The notes beneath the pieces are model-generated. The model was not told where the DNA came from. It was given only the letters and a program-made list of their open reading frames with translations, and did not search any database. The position numbers and the translations under genes are program-made. A stretch of DNA of 64,000 nt from positions 186,001-250,000 of the forward strand of contig JALDZX010000024.1 of the NCBI GenBank assembly GCA_022813865.1, given 5' to 3'. Positions 13,390-25,336 of the stretch are shown here, piece after piece (the first letter of the stretch is position 1; each line of letters begins with the position of its first letter). The DNA is from Xylographa opegraphella. Lineage: Eukaryota.

Positions 13390-13547
13390 GATGGGGGTTG
13401 TGACGGAGGGATTCGTGGGGCTTCTAGACTACGCCAAGCATGACCAGGGTCCTAGTATTGATGGTACTCTGTTGCAGCTGTAGACATTGGCTCTGCCATT
13501 GAGCTTAAGCTTCTTCTGAGTTGTAGTACTTCTTTAGGAACAACTTT

Positions 13548-13749
13548 CGGAAGAACCATTCGGAATATCCTTCCGGAATATCCTTCCGGAAGAACTTATC
13601 GGAAGAACTTATCGGAAGAACTACTCGGAAGAGCCCATCGGAAGAACCACTCGGAAGAACTACTCGGAAGAACTACTCGGAATGACTATTCGGAAGAATT
13701 CTCCGGAGTTCGGAATAAAGTTCGAATATCCTTTCCTGGAAATTCGGAA
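13548..13749 (+). repeat. 13-bp-period minisatellite: invariant CGGA(A) core plus variable 8-nt spacer
   Basis: CGGA starts at 13548, 13561, 13574, 13587, 13600, 13613, 13626, 13639, 13652, 13665, 13678, 13691 and 13704. Out-of-phase copies at 13711 and 13745. Confidence 0.95.
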
Positions 13750-14647
13750 AACCCCTCCATTCAGGGTAGTACGGAGTACACCTCCATCCCTACTGACTAA
13801 TAAGCATGACTTGTCATTTTGAACGAGCACGAGCAGCATCAGCCGTCATTCCGCCGACTCTTCAGCTATCTTCGACGTACTGGGACGAAATCGGAAAAGT
13901 ATGGTCTTTTGAAGGGTCGTAGTCAAGACCAATGATGAGAGGCAGGCCTCCCGAAGCTTCATGCAGTGGCGGGAGGGTCTCCTTTAAATCGCAGGAACCA
14001 TCGCCTACGGAAGCCACAACATTACTACCACGGATTACTTGCCAAAGTATGAGTCGAGACACCGCCTGATTCCGGATCACGCTGGTATCTCCTTCTCTTA
14101 CTCTAATACAGAAGCCGGCTGTGTAGTCACATACGGCTTGCGTGTATGATGGTTTGTGTGTAAGGCCGGCGGCGGAAGGTCTCGGCGGATGCGTATCCGG
14201 GCAGCGAGGGTCGCGGAAGGCGGCAGTCGATTGGTGGCAATGGGGGTGGGCGGGCGATCGCAGATTGCGGGGAAGCGGGGTGCAGCATCTAGAGCGCGAA
14301 CTACCTTACTACCTTCGCTGTGGAACGACAAGTCGAGTGCAGGTTGGCAATGAAAGCAGGCAGCTGGTCCATTGCGAGATCACACAAAAGCGTCGATTGC
14401 TTTCGACGTCTACGGATGATGCTGCCTCTCTCCCTCGCTCCCTTCGGCTGAGCGTTGGAAGCCACATATGCACCCCCACGCTATACGGACATGGGGAGGC
14501 CATCCTGCCGTTCCTCCCACCTTCCTGACTCCGCGTCTTCCAGAACATGATGGGCGGTCGAGAGTCGTTGGAGTCTAGTCAGGTCGCTGCATGCTGGGAC
14601 CATGAGCCAGTGGAGGTCCGAGCACATGAAGTACGCAGACGCTGCTT

Positions 14648-14670
14648 CTCTCTCTCTCTCTCTCTCTCTC
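14648..14670. repeat. (CT)n microsatellite
   Basis: Uninterrupted CT dinucleotide run. Confidence 0.9.
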
Positions 14671-15444
14671 ATCGTCTTGGCTCCGACCAACAGCCGACAG
14701 AGAATGGCGCTCGGCGGCCGCCGGGTGTCGGTCTCCCGCTCAGATGCTTCGAGCGTGTTCCTGCGTTGGTCTTCACGATCAGGTTATGGTCGCCATGGGC
14801 AGGATTGTCACGTTTCCCGGAGCCTGATCAATTGATCACCCACAAGCCGAAAGGATGTGCCAAGCGTGGATCCCTCGCCTCGTTACCTTACACCGTGTAG
14901 ACGACGCACACCCGAGCTAAGCTACCTAGTTATTACACAGGACTACACAGTGTACTATCTTGGGCCCGCCCACGCGGAATGGCTGACCGTCGAACAAAAA
15001 CCCCTCGCTGGGCCGGGTCGATCTCACGCCCACTCTTCGTCCCAGTGGACACAATGCTGCCACCAGATGCTAGCCGCACGACCACACTCTGGCCACGAAC
15101 TGGGCGATTCAATCCATCATCGCCGTCTATCCATACCTAGACTTGCTCCGACTACCTAACGTAAGGTCCGAGTGTTTTTCCCCATTTGCGGCCTTTGAAT
15201 GCAAACGTGGTGATGCAACAAACGACTGGACTAGGGCTCATCCGGCTTTTGATGTCATGCCCCACAACAAAGTTTTCCGGCTGTCTGCCGTCAGCCTCAG
15301 CCCCAGCCGTGAGAAGACCGGACGAGTAACAACACACCTCTGGCCCTCTAACCTCCCACCTCTCAAACCCCCCACCGCCCCCCCAACCTCATCCAACGCT
15401 CAGGCCCCTTCCCTACCTAGAACCTCCCTCTCACCCACCGTGTC

Positions 15445-15899
15445 ATGTCCCTAATCCATCTCCCCCCACCTACCTTATTCCCCCCTGTTCCCCTCACCTC
15501 TTCCCACGCTGGGCCCGGTACCTGTACGTGCAATGGCCACCCGCTGCCCAATGACCAATCGCCCAACACGCCTTCCTCTGCTACCCTGTTTCTTCCACTC
15601 TCGCCTTCCACCTCGTTCCGGCACGTTATGCCTATCATCCTTTCTGACTATTCTCCGTAGTGTGGGGTGTGCACCGCGGTATCTGCAGGCAAATTCTGCC
15701 TTCGTCATTTCCAATGGCTTCAAATATATGCGGCACGCTCCCTGCCCTGCACGACGGGATCAGCAATTTTATCACTTTCTATTTTATGCCATTGACCCGT
15801 GAGAAAATTCACTACTGTTCAAACGATTCACATCATCTCATTCACTCGGACTGATCACTTGTTATTCACTTCCTTCTAGCTTATGCTCTAAAACCCTAG
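15445..15899 (+). other. Putative spliced upstream ORF (38 aa) in the gluconokinase leader
   Basis: Candidate introns 15524-15660 (GTACGT...CTGAC...TAG) and 15679-15879 (GTATCT...CTGAT...TAG) flank an 18-nt microexon. Spliced product is MSLIHLPPPTLFPPVPLTSSHAGPGTLWGVHRAYALKP*. Confidence 0.4.
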
Positions 15900-15986
15900 G
15901 TCGTGTGCCATTCACTTCCAACTGACCGAGGAGGCTCAAGCGTCATCCATTGACTTGCACCGCTTCCTCACTTGACGTGTTCCATC

Positions 15987-16719
15987 ATGCTCACTCTGGA
16001 AGGAAGACTCAGTCCGACCATGCCCTCACTGGCCAGCAACTATACCGACATGAACGGCACCACCCCGAGGCACGCTGCCCGGCAGCGAGACCAGCTCCAA
16101 CACCGTCATATGTGGATCATCACCGGCCCGGCGGGCTGTGGGAAGAGCTCCGTGGCCGAATATCTGGCCAAGGAGCTGTCCATACCGTACATCGAAGGCG
16201 ATGACGTGCGTACCCGATCGTCCGCCGTGCGTGGATGATGCTGACGCGGCTCGATAGTACCATACGCCCGCCGCGAAACAGAAGATGGGACGCGGGATCC
16301 CGCTCGACGACGTCGACCGGTGGGACTGGCTCATCAAGCTGCGTGAGGCGGCTGTGGCCCGCCTGTCGCCGTCCGCGTCCTCGGCCGTCAAGGACCACAC
16401 CGGAGTGGTCGTCACCTGTTCGGCGCTGCGGCGGAGATACCGCGATGTCATCCGCGTGGCGGCCTACGAGCACCACAACGTCGCCGTCCATTTCGTCTAC
16501 CTCCGTGCTGACGAAGAGCTGCTGATGAAGCGAGTCCTCATGCGCCAGGGCCACTACATGAAGAGTGCGATGGTCCACTCCCAGATGGAGGTGTTGGAAG
16601 AGCCGGACGGGGCCGAACAGACCTTGGACGTGCTGGAGGTCGACTGCAGTCCCGCATTGCCTCAGGTGCAGAAGAACGCGATCGCGAAGGTCCGAGAAAC
16701 ACTGGCGGATGATGTCTGA
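15987..16719 (+). CDS. Gluconokinase (GntK/IdnK type)
   Basis: P-loop ITGPAGCGKSSV. IEGDD|YH joined across intron 16206-16257. KMGRGIPLDDVDRWDWL, VVVTCSALRRRYRD and RQGHYMKSAMVHSQMEVLEEP. The start could alternatively be the ATG at 16020. Confidence 0.93.
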
Positions 16720-17700
16720 TCGAACCGTGGTCCGCCATACCTGAATTATTGTCCACCCCTCTCACATGGCTCCATTTCGTGCCTGGTTCGCGTGTTTGTC
16801 TTGTTCTGTACTGAATATGTTTGCATGGTTGTAGGGGAAAATAGAGAGTATGGAGTTTGGGTGGCTAAAATTGAGCTAGCATTTGCACGAGCAATGACCC
16901 GGGGCCGACCGGGGGAAAATTGGGATGATGAGGGCAGGTACGACGATGGCGTTCGGACCGATACTCCGGGTGGGCGGTGGGTGAGCGATGAGCGTGCATT
17001 AGCATGCATGTGGCTACGGTGCGCCCGCATGCACTGTTCAGTCGAAGTTAGCACTCGTGCCTCTCTGGCCCAGACAAGCTTTGCTGACCACACAGGCGCC
17101 AGAGCAGCATCTGAATACGAGTCTGCGTTGCATGTGAAAGATCACAAAAGGCATGCCTGCTGTTCGTGCTGTTTTCTCATCCTACTCCCAGGTCCGAATA
17201 TGAAAAAGCAGAGCGAGCCATTTTAAAATCGGACGGGGCCGCCGGCCATTCAGCACGTGACCCTGGTGCCCTGACCGGTCAATGTCTGCAGCTTTTCATA
17301 TCTTGCTTCTGTTTCGAGGAACCCACGGAGCGACGTCTTTCCATGGCTTTCGTTCCTGCGGCTGCCACTTTCTCCCATCATTTGCATTCTCCCTACCACC
17401 GCTTGTTATCCGGCACTACCACCCTCTCCCCTTTTGCCCACACCGCCACCCAACACGTCGAGCCCTTTCCGGTCTTCCCACTCGCCAACTCCATTGCCAC
17501 CGTGTCCATTCCGCTCATCCCTCCATCCCGCCTACCCCTCGCCAGTTGATCTTTCGCTCCCCAGCCCGCCGGCCCCAGCAACTCCATCCCTGACTCTGCC
17601 CTTGGTGCCCTCACCCGCGCCTTGGTCCATGGAGAGCACGCTCCTCCGTTGCACGATAGCCTCCCTCTCTCTCTCTCTCGCTACCCCTGCCACTGTAAAG

Positions 17701-17701
<1 letters not shown>

Positions 17702-17731
<30 letters not shown>

Positions 17732-17785
17732 CCTCTTCCTCTTCTTCCTCTTCTTCTTCCTCCTCCTCCTTTTCTTCTTCTCCTC
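17702..17785. repeat. (CTT)n/(CCT)n pyrimidine microsatellite
   Basis: Long imperfect CTT/CCT triplet run. Confidence 0.9.
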
Positions 17786-18321
17786 CCCACCCCCACGTCC
17801 ACCCCCAGACTCCAGGCCGGAAAAAGCCCTCCCCCCCTGGCCGACTTGCCTGCGTAGCGGTTACTACAGTCCTGGCTTTTTCCCTTCTTTGGCGTTTCGG
17901 GTTAAGGAGTCGGTTTAGTGCGTTTTGCTGGCGTTGGGAATGGGGAGGGGAGTGGATGGTTGGGGAGGTGAGGGTTATGGGGAAGGGGGAGAATGTGTGC
18001 TGCTGCGTAGGGTGGGGCTGCTGCGTCCGATAAAGCTACCTAGGTAGGGCTTGATAAACCTGAAGTGGGGGAAAACAAAGGTGGAAAGGAGTGAAAAAAG
18101 GGGGGAAAGGGAGGAAAAAAAAGTGTTTCGGCCGAGTAAGAAATAGGGCGTATGGGGTTCGGTGGTGGCCGTGGCCGCTTGTTATAATCCATTTGTCCAT
18201 TTATTAATTCAATTACTCACTTATTCTCTCACTCAACGACGTAATTATAGTATAGTAATGCTACTTTGAGATATTTATTTGGTTTACTGCTATGCACAAC
18301 CATCCACTCCTACCCATCCCT

Positions 18322-21300
18322 TCACCCCAACTCATCACTCCGTCCCCATCCCCCCAACTCATCCCCATCCCCCTCCCACCCCAGCGCCTGATAAATTGAC
18401 GTCTCCATCTCCATCTCCATCCCCATCCCCATCTCCAGCTCTCCCTTCCCCCCTCCCACCACCCCACCATCCCCCACCCTCCCAACCACCCCGCCCTGCG
18501 CTCTCCGGCCCAGCGGCCTACGCGACGGCGTCTCAACCACCGCCTGGCCGCGCGGCAGGCCTTTGCGCGAGGGGGTGCTGATAGCCAGGCGGGAGCGGGC
18601 GGGGAAGTCGAAGGAGGGGGTGCGGCCTGGCGGGAGGGGGCGCTTGAAGGGGAGGGCGGGCAAGGGGTGCGAGAGCTCGTCGTCGTCGTCGTCGTCGGCG
18701 GCGTTGGTGGGGAGTATGCAATGGGAGAGGATGGTGGTAGAGGACTGGCCGGGCTCGGGCCCCTCGCGGGCAGGGGGAAGGGCTGCCCGGAGGGAGGGTC
18801 TCGGTTTGGAGGCGCGGTGGCTCGGCGTGGTGATGTGCGTGGGCAAGAGAGGGTGTAGGCCCGGTGGGTGGGTGGATGTCGGTGGAGCAGCAGGTTTTAT
18901 GGACGAGGACGGGATGCGAGGATCGCTCGAGGGGGGGACGACGTTGTCGTCTTCGTGGAGGGCGATTGCGGTATGCAACTGGCGGGGAAGACGCGGGTGG
19001 ATGTTCTTGAGCCGGTTGTGCTTCGGCGTCGCCATGACCTGCACGCCTTGACCCAAGGGGTTCCGCACGGGGTTCTTGGATTCTGCTGGACGTTAGAACC
19101 GTATCAGGCAAAGCGTGGGCAGGGGGGCCATTTTTCTTACTTCTCGGTTTCGCCGCGCCGGCTACCCGGCGATCCGCTGACTCTACAAGCTCCTTCACCG
19201 CCAAGCGAGGGTTGGGCTTCTTCAAAGCGGCGATTGCGCCTTGGAGTTCTTGCTGTATTGCAGCCTTCCTCTGCAGCTTGGCCTCGGTGGCTTGTGACAC
19301 CGCTGTGAGATCCACTTCCCGCTGGCTGTAGCGCTTCGAGGACTGAAGGCTGGGTCGGCTGGTAGGTATGGCCGCGAGCGCCAAATCACTCAGTTCTCGC
19401 TTAATTCCTGGCAAAGCCGAGTCGGTGGCCGAGCGAGTCAAGGTAGGATGTGATTTTCGGCGCCCGAGTTTGTCGTCGGTCAAGACGCGTTGCAGAGGAT
19501 GCCGGGGTTTGGAGTCTGTTCGTTGCACAGCTACACTGGGCTTGGAAGTTCCGCGGCTGGGGGCGGACGATTTATGCAAAGGCGCACGCGCTGGCGAGGG
19601 TATCAGTGGGCCTCCTAGTTTTTGACAGATTGATCGATAGAGCTCCAGAGGTAATCTGGTGGCATAACTATATAGAGTTAGCAGATTCTTATCGCAGTAT
19701 CGGCATAAGAACTCTTACAAAGGAACCACAACTCCGACACAGAAGCTCCGAAGATGGTCACAATCGGAAGTGCTATCTGTGAGATTTGGACGTTGCGGAG
19801 TGCCATGTGCTACTTCCCAACCTTCTTGGTTGGTCGTGTGCCAGATACAGAGTCGGTCAATGAGGATGTCCAACAGGACTCCCAAATTCTGCGGCTTTCT
19901 GGGCTTTTTGGTGTGCGCGGGATGTTCAGATGTACTTTCTCCAACTGTTGCAAGTACAGGGCTGAGATTCGTCGCTATAGGCAGACTCGTGGCCTCCAAA
20001 CTTAAGATTTCCAGTATCAATATGATCTGTAGTTGGGTCTCTCTGGCTCTTTGCTCGACCAGAGCCACCCGGACTCTCTCCTCGTGCCTATCTCCAGCTC
20101 TACCGGCAGATAGCTTCTTCTCACTGCGGAGCCACCATTTGACTGCATATTCCTCTTCACCGGGATAGAGACCTCCTTTGCTAATCTTCTTTCTCTTCTT
20201 CGACTTGCGGATCCCGTCACACAAGAGACTGCTTTCGTCTTCGGAAGTGACACCCAGCGGGAGTTCCTTAACCAAGCTTGGCAGGGTCTCGTTGTATTTT
20301 TTGTCGTTGGTAGATATTGAAAGGATTTTTTCTCGTAAGGATTGGTTCAGCTCAGATATTGTCATCGATGACGAAGGATCATGGACTGCGGCCCGTGCTT
20401 TCGATAGCGGACCTTTTGCGAAGTATGCAAGTGATGTCTTCAGCTACGTCAGTCTACAGTGCTCATGGAGGAGTTCAGACCATACCTTGCTCATGTATAG
20501 CGCTTCCAAATATTGCGCTCTAATCATGCCAACGATGTCCACCGGTTCTGTAGAGTGTGTCATATCGTCTTCGTTGATAGTATCCACCTGTTCATTGTGC
20601 TCTGTAGGGGAATCTGTCGTAGTCGCAACTCCAGCTTTGGATACCTTGAATACAGGTTCTGCTGGTCGGCTCTCCACCGGAGGTTTCATAGCTAAGTGGA
20701 CGCCACGAATACTTGAGGTGCTCCTTCTTCCACTGTCATCAATTGTCTTCAACTCGACGGTCGCCGCTTTCCACCATGGATCCGCCTTCGAAATATTTGT
20801 AGCTGAGCCTCCATGTACAATCTTCCGTGCTTTCACTGACCCTTTTCCGAAGTCTCCCAATGATACCCAGCTGTTAAGCCGGCATAGAGCATATCTTTTA
20901 CACTGCACGCCCTCAACTGCATACAATTCATGCCCATCGTGATTCTGCACGATCAATATCTTCGAGTCGCAAGGCACACCGTCCGTCACCTCCAAAGACT
21001 CGAGTGCCCTGACGCGAGCTGAAAAGAATTGGCTTCGTGGAGCAGCATCTTCGTCATGTGGGGAGCCAAAGTCGAGACATGCCAGGGGTAGAGATGATCG
21101 CGATATCAACATTCTTGGTATGAGCTTCAATGGTGCGCCGGGTATAGTGGTGGAAGGACCCTTTACAAATCACCTCAGCAAGTGATGTAGATTTTTAGGA
21201 GAACGGTATTACCAGTACAATGAATGGTCCTCCAAGTTCCTGAGACGCTGCCGGTTCGCATTGCTTCCGCTTGAGGCTGAGAGGTGTGCGGAATGTTCCA

Positions 21301-21392
21301 TTGAGGGCGGAGCCCATCAATGGCTTCAGTGCACATGTATCACACAAGATATTGGGGTCGAAGGGCGGACCGTCTTGCTCTAAAGTATTCAT
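18322..21392 (-). CDS. SLD3: DNA replication initiation factor Sld3
   Basis: Four GT-AG introns link QYLEALYMSK|TSLAYFAKGPLSKARA, RETQLQIILILEIL, LLDILIDRLCIWH, FCVGVVVPF|YATRLP and the C-terminal SIYQALGW. Many TP/SP CDK-type sites in the tail. Confidence 0.85.
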
Positions 21393-21987
21393 AGTAGACT
21401 CTTCGATACATTATAAGTCGTCCTTTTTCAGAATAAAGTGGTGGGACAAACGGACGCGTTTCTCGTGTTAAGCGGAACGTGCCGTTGTTTTGGCCGGTAC
21501 GTCATTGTTTTACGCCGGACACTCTACATAGTTTCTGTCATCACTCCTAACATACGACCACGTCTATGCTACACATTGAATACTAGGACAGCGGCTTCAG
21601 TGTAATGGTCAAGGTATTGTTCTGATTTCGACACCATCTTCCTGTACACAAAGCGCTCCATGCAAGGCGGACATGCCGCCGGACAAAAATCCACAAGGGT
21701 ATAATCGGCCCACACAGCCATGCCAAAATTTCATATCTGTACATTCCACGAACAGACGATGACTCCATTCCCAAGCCGATACCTCTGGCGAGAGAAACAC
21801 CAGCCTCCCAATGTAGCAACCACCCAAGCAATAAGTAATGATAACACCACGCAATGTTGCAATCGCGAAAGCGAAATGCAATGCTGAAAGTCGTATCTCT
21901 GTCTGATATCCAATATGTGCTGGTTAGGAATAAATACCATGAACTCATACATCCGGATAATAATGGATCCAAAATCGAAAGGGTTTA

Positions 21988-24900
21988 TCATGAGAAAAAT
22001 CGCATCAAGCCTCCGACCTTTTCATTCTCAGCAATGATCTGTGTCTGAAGGTTCCTGGTTGACTTCATCGCTTCGTCCCTAAAACAGCTGATTTAGTATT
22101 ATGCTCATCGTATCATTGGCAGATTGAGAGAATCCTACCTGGCAGACTGCAGCTCCATAACCTCAATTTGTGCCTGGTTCATCCGCTGCACCACCTCTTG
22201 CATCTCTTTATCGGCCTCTCTTAAAGCTCGCTCCAATTCAGCCACTCGCTTCTCAAGAAATTCTGTTCTCAAAGCCTCAGTCATTGTCATAGCAAGACCA
22301 CTGCTTGTCCTGCCAAGCCGTGGAGACCTCGCACCTACTAGCATAGGCGAGCGGGGACTCCTAGGTGACATTTTGGAGCCCATGTTCGAGGTAGGGAATA
22401 GTGTGGTTGTAGGAGAACGTGAAACGCTCTTCATTCTCTGTAAATGAAAATTGTGGCTCTCGCGCATTTCTTTGACCTCTTCTTCGTGCATCAGCACGGT
22501 CTCTTCTGAGTGTTGCTGAGCAGCCATCAGTCGATCCTCTAGCGCTTTCAGCTTAGTTTGCATGTTGTTGATTCGTGCTGCCGATGCCTTTTGCTCCCTC
22601 TCACCTCTACCAACTGCTTCGGCGAGTTTTGTACGTAATTCGCTGTTGGAGTCCAACTGAACACGAACTTGTGATGCAAGGGCCTCAACCCTATCTGCCG
22701 AGGCTCGCAGCTGGTCTGCAAGATTCGCGTTTTCGCCTTCATGGAAGTTCTTGGCTTCCTGAAGAGAATCAGCTTGTGCTCGGTAAGTCGCTGCTTGTGT
22801 CTGGGCAAGATCTCTTTCGGTCTCAGCTTCAGATATGGTTTTTATGAGCATGTCCATGGTCTTCATGGTTGTGGCATCATCATCGCCGGAGGGTGCAACA
22901 CCCTTGAGCTGTCGAAGTCGAGAGACGGATATCGCTTGCGTAGCCTGAAGATCCTTGTATGCCTTTTCCAAGGAAGCGGATGTGGCGAAGGTATCAGCCT
23001 TGAGTGTCAATGAAGCGGTTGCAGGTAATTCGCGGGAAGTCGTGTCGTTTTCCTGTAATAGTATTCGCAATGATCCAGTTTCTTGCTCTGCTCGTTCTAG
23101 ATCTTTCTTTAGACCCCCAAGGTTCTTTTCGCACTGCCACTTCTGCTCCAGCGCATCATCCGCGCGTCTTCGGAGCTCATTTATCTCAAACCGTAGTTCT
23201 TTAACCTCTTTTTCATAGCCCCTCCTCCTAGGTGAATGTGCTTCCAATGCTCGATCGCGCTCCTGTTCCAATGCCTTGACTCGCTTATCATGCTCCCTAT
23301 TTTGGTACTTTTGCCTATCCAGTAAACTTCTGAGAGCCAGGTGCAAAGCGTCTCGCTGCATCTCGATTTCCTTCACCCTATCGGCAAGTGACTCTCGTGA
23401 TTCTCGATCTTTGGCTATGGAATTGGATCTGGAAAGAGAGCCAGACCTAGCCAACCCCGCAGCAGATGCCGTACCCCTCGCCAGGGCTGTCCTGTTAAGA
23501 CCGCTTTTAGGGGTTGAGGCGACACCGTGTTCTTCCACTATTGTTTGAAATCTTGGCGATCGTAGCTGTGTATTTTCGTTCTTCAGAGTTTGAAGTTCCT
23601 GGTACATCTTGGTATTGTCATAAGTGAGACGTTGGAAGTCCGCACGTTCTGCCTCTAAACCCTCGACCCGAGCACGAAGATGAGGTACTACTTCGTCCCT
23701 AAGATTGTCCCTTTCGTTGCGGTAACCTTCGGTTTCTCCACGTAGGCCTTGCAACAAGTCTTCGTAATTTTCCTTATGCTGTCGCTCTTCTTGTAGGCGT
23801 CGACGATTATCTTCGAGGGCAATCTCGAGCTCTCGAATGCGGCCAGGCGCAGCCTCGCCTCTAGTTTGTTCACGCTCGGCCTATACTTCTTTAGCTTTCT
23901 GCAGGACGACACACTGACAATACTTACACTCTCCAAGCGCTGTTCAAGGCTTCTTATATGAGCTTCTAAAGCTTTTCTCTGGCCTCGTTCTTCTTGTAGC
24001 TTTTGCGATACTTCGAGCTTCAATTGAGCCTTTTCCTGCTCGGATCGCCTCTTCATTTTCTCTAGATCATCAAACTTGTTGCCACTTTCACTAAGTGGAT
24101 ACCTGACCGAGCTGGTACCAGAGTCCGAAAAGTAGTCACTTGTCCTTCGATTGGGATCTAGTCCAGTAGGGGCTTCCTGCTGTAAACGTTCCACTTCATC
24201 TTCCAACTCCATTTCTCTCCGTATAGAAGAAGCTAGCTCTGCGCTGATCTCTTTCAGCTCTTCTTCCATCTCCTCCATCTTCATTGACATAGCAGGAGTT
24301 GGTGGTGGAATTGGATGGCCGGGGAAATACGAATTTTGTAGCGGTGCGTTTGCTTTGGGAATATCTATCGCCGACGGTATAGGTTTTGAAGAAGTCGAAA
24401 AGCTTCGCGGGGAAGGGAATCGAGGCGAGTGGGCCGGTGAGTTGCTCCTCTCCGATATCGCTGTAGGCGAGCTTTCGCCGACGGGCGAGCTCATGCCTTT
24501 CCAGCTAAAGAATGAAGTGAGTTTGTTTGACGCCAATGATAAGCTTGGTCTGGGCGCCGGCAATGATTCATTCGAAGCCGTTGGACGATGTGAATTTGAT
24601 TGCGGGTCTGCATATGTTTGCGAACGGGCCAGCCCGTTGGCCATGCGAGAGTGTTTCATTGTGTTACTTTGGTCTTCCGGGCCCACGACAGCTTTTGAGC
24701 TTGGGCTGTTCTCATTGAGAGTTGGTTCGCTACCAATCCTTGCATGTGCTGTTACCACCGATGGTCGAGAGTTGTGGTCTAGGTTCTGTAAGACTTGCCG
24801 TGCTTGATCTGCTGAAAGATCGGAAAAGGGAGTACGTCCTGGACTTTGCGGGATGTTAGGTGAGTGGCCTCGAGGAAACCTAGTCATGGAGTGGCGGTTA

Positions 24901-25336
24901 GAAAGTGAGAGGTCAGGATGTGAGTGAAGCAACAAGAATAAGAATAGGAGAGTACGTACTGATCGAGGTCACGAACGAGGAGGGTGGGCGAAGCGGCGGA
25001 TTGAGCTTGCCATGGTAGCCGATGTGAGGACGTCAACGGGGGAACTCTCGACTTGTTGTCTGTGAGATGCTGATCTGATATCTCACCTACAGCCACCACC
25101 CTTCCTCCGCTCGATAGGCTTGGAAGACGAGGAGAGGGTGTGGCAGAGGGTGGAACAGGCTTCCTTCGGACCGGCGACGCCGTGGTTGCTTTGGGTTCCG
25201 CTTGGAATGCGGAGAAGGAAGGGATGTCGATGCGTGCTGGCTTGCCTGTCTTCAAGCGAGTCACGGATTGAATCGAAGGAGTAGCGGCAAGGTCCCTGGT
25301 TGCGCCATGTCGGGAGGGCGTTTGTGGATAGTCCAT
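21988..25336 (-). CDS. Large fungal coiled-coil protein of unknown function
   Basis: ATG at 25336 (MDYPQTPSR). Three introns join ORFs 24884-25402, 23688-24935 and 22135-23757 to a last exon DEAMKSTRNLQ...LMRFFS*. ELASSIRREMELED and RTSDYFSDSG blocks, with extensive heptad repeats. Confidence 0.8.

Noticed and set aside
13548..13749. CRISPR-like repeat/spacer interpretation of the CGGAA array
   Set aside because: The repeat is only 5 nt with related 8-nt spacers, the context is eukaryotic, and there are no cas genes.
13738..13752. GGAAATTCGG resembling RNase P RNA CR-I
   Set aside because: It lacks the following TG and any CR-V partner, and it is part of the degenerate repeat edge.
15517..15879. 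Stwintron ([D1,2]) reading of the gluconokinase leader introns
   Set aside because: It requires two weak donors (GTACCT and a reconstituted GTGTGG). Two ordinary introns with a microexon fit better.
17250..18200. Telomerase RNA candidate
   Set aside because: No TAACCCTAA-type template was found on either strand in this region.
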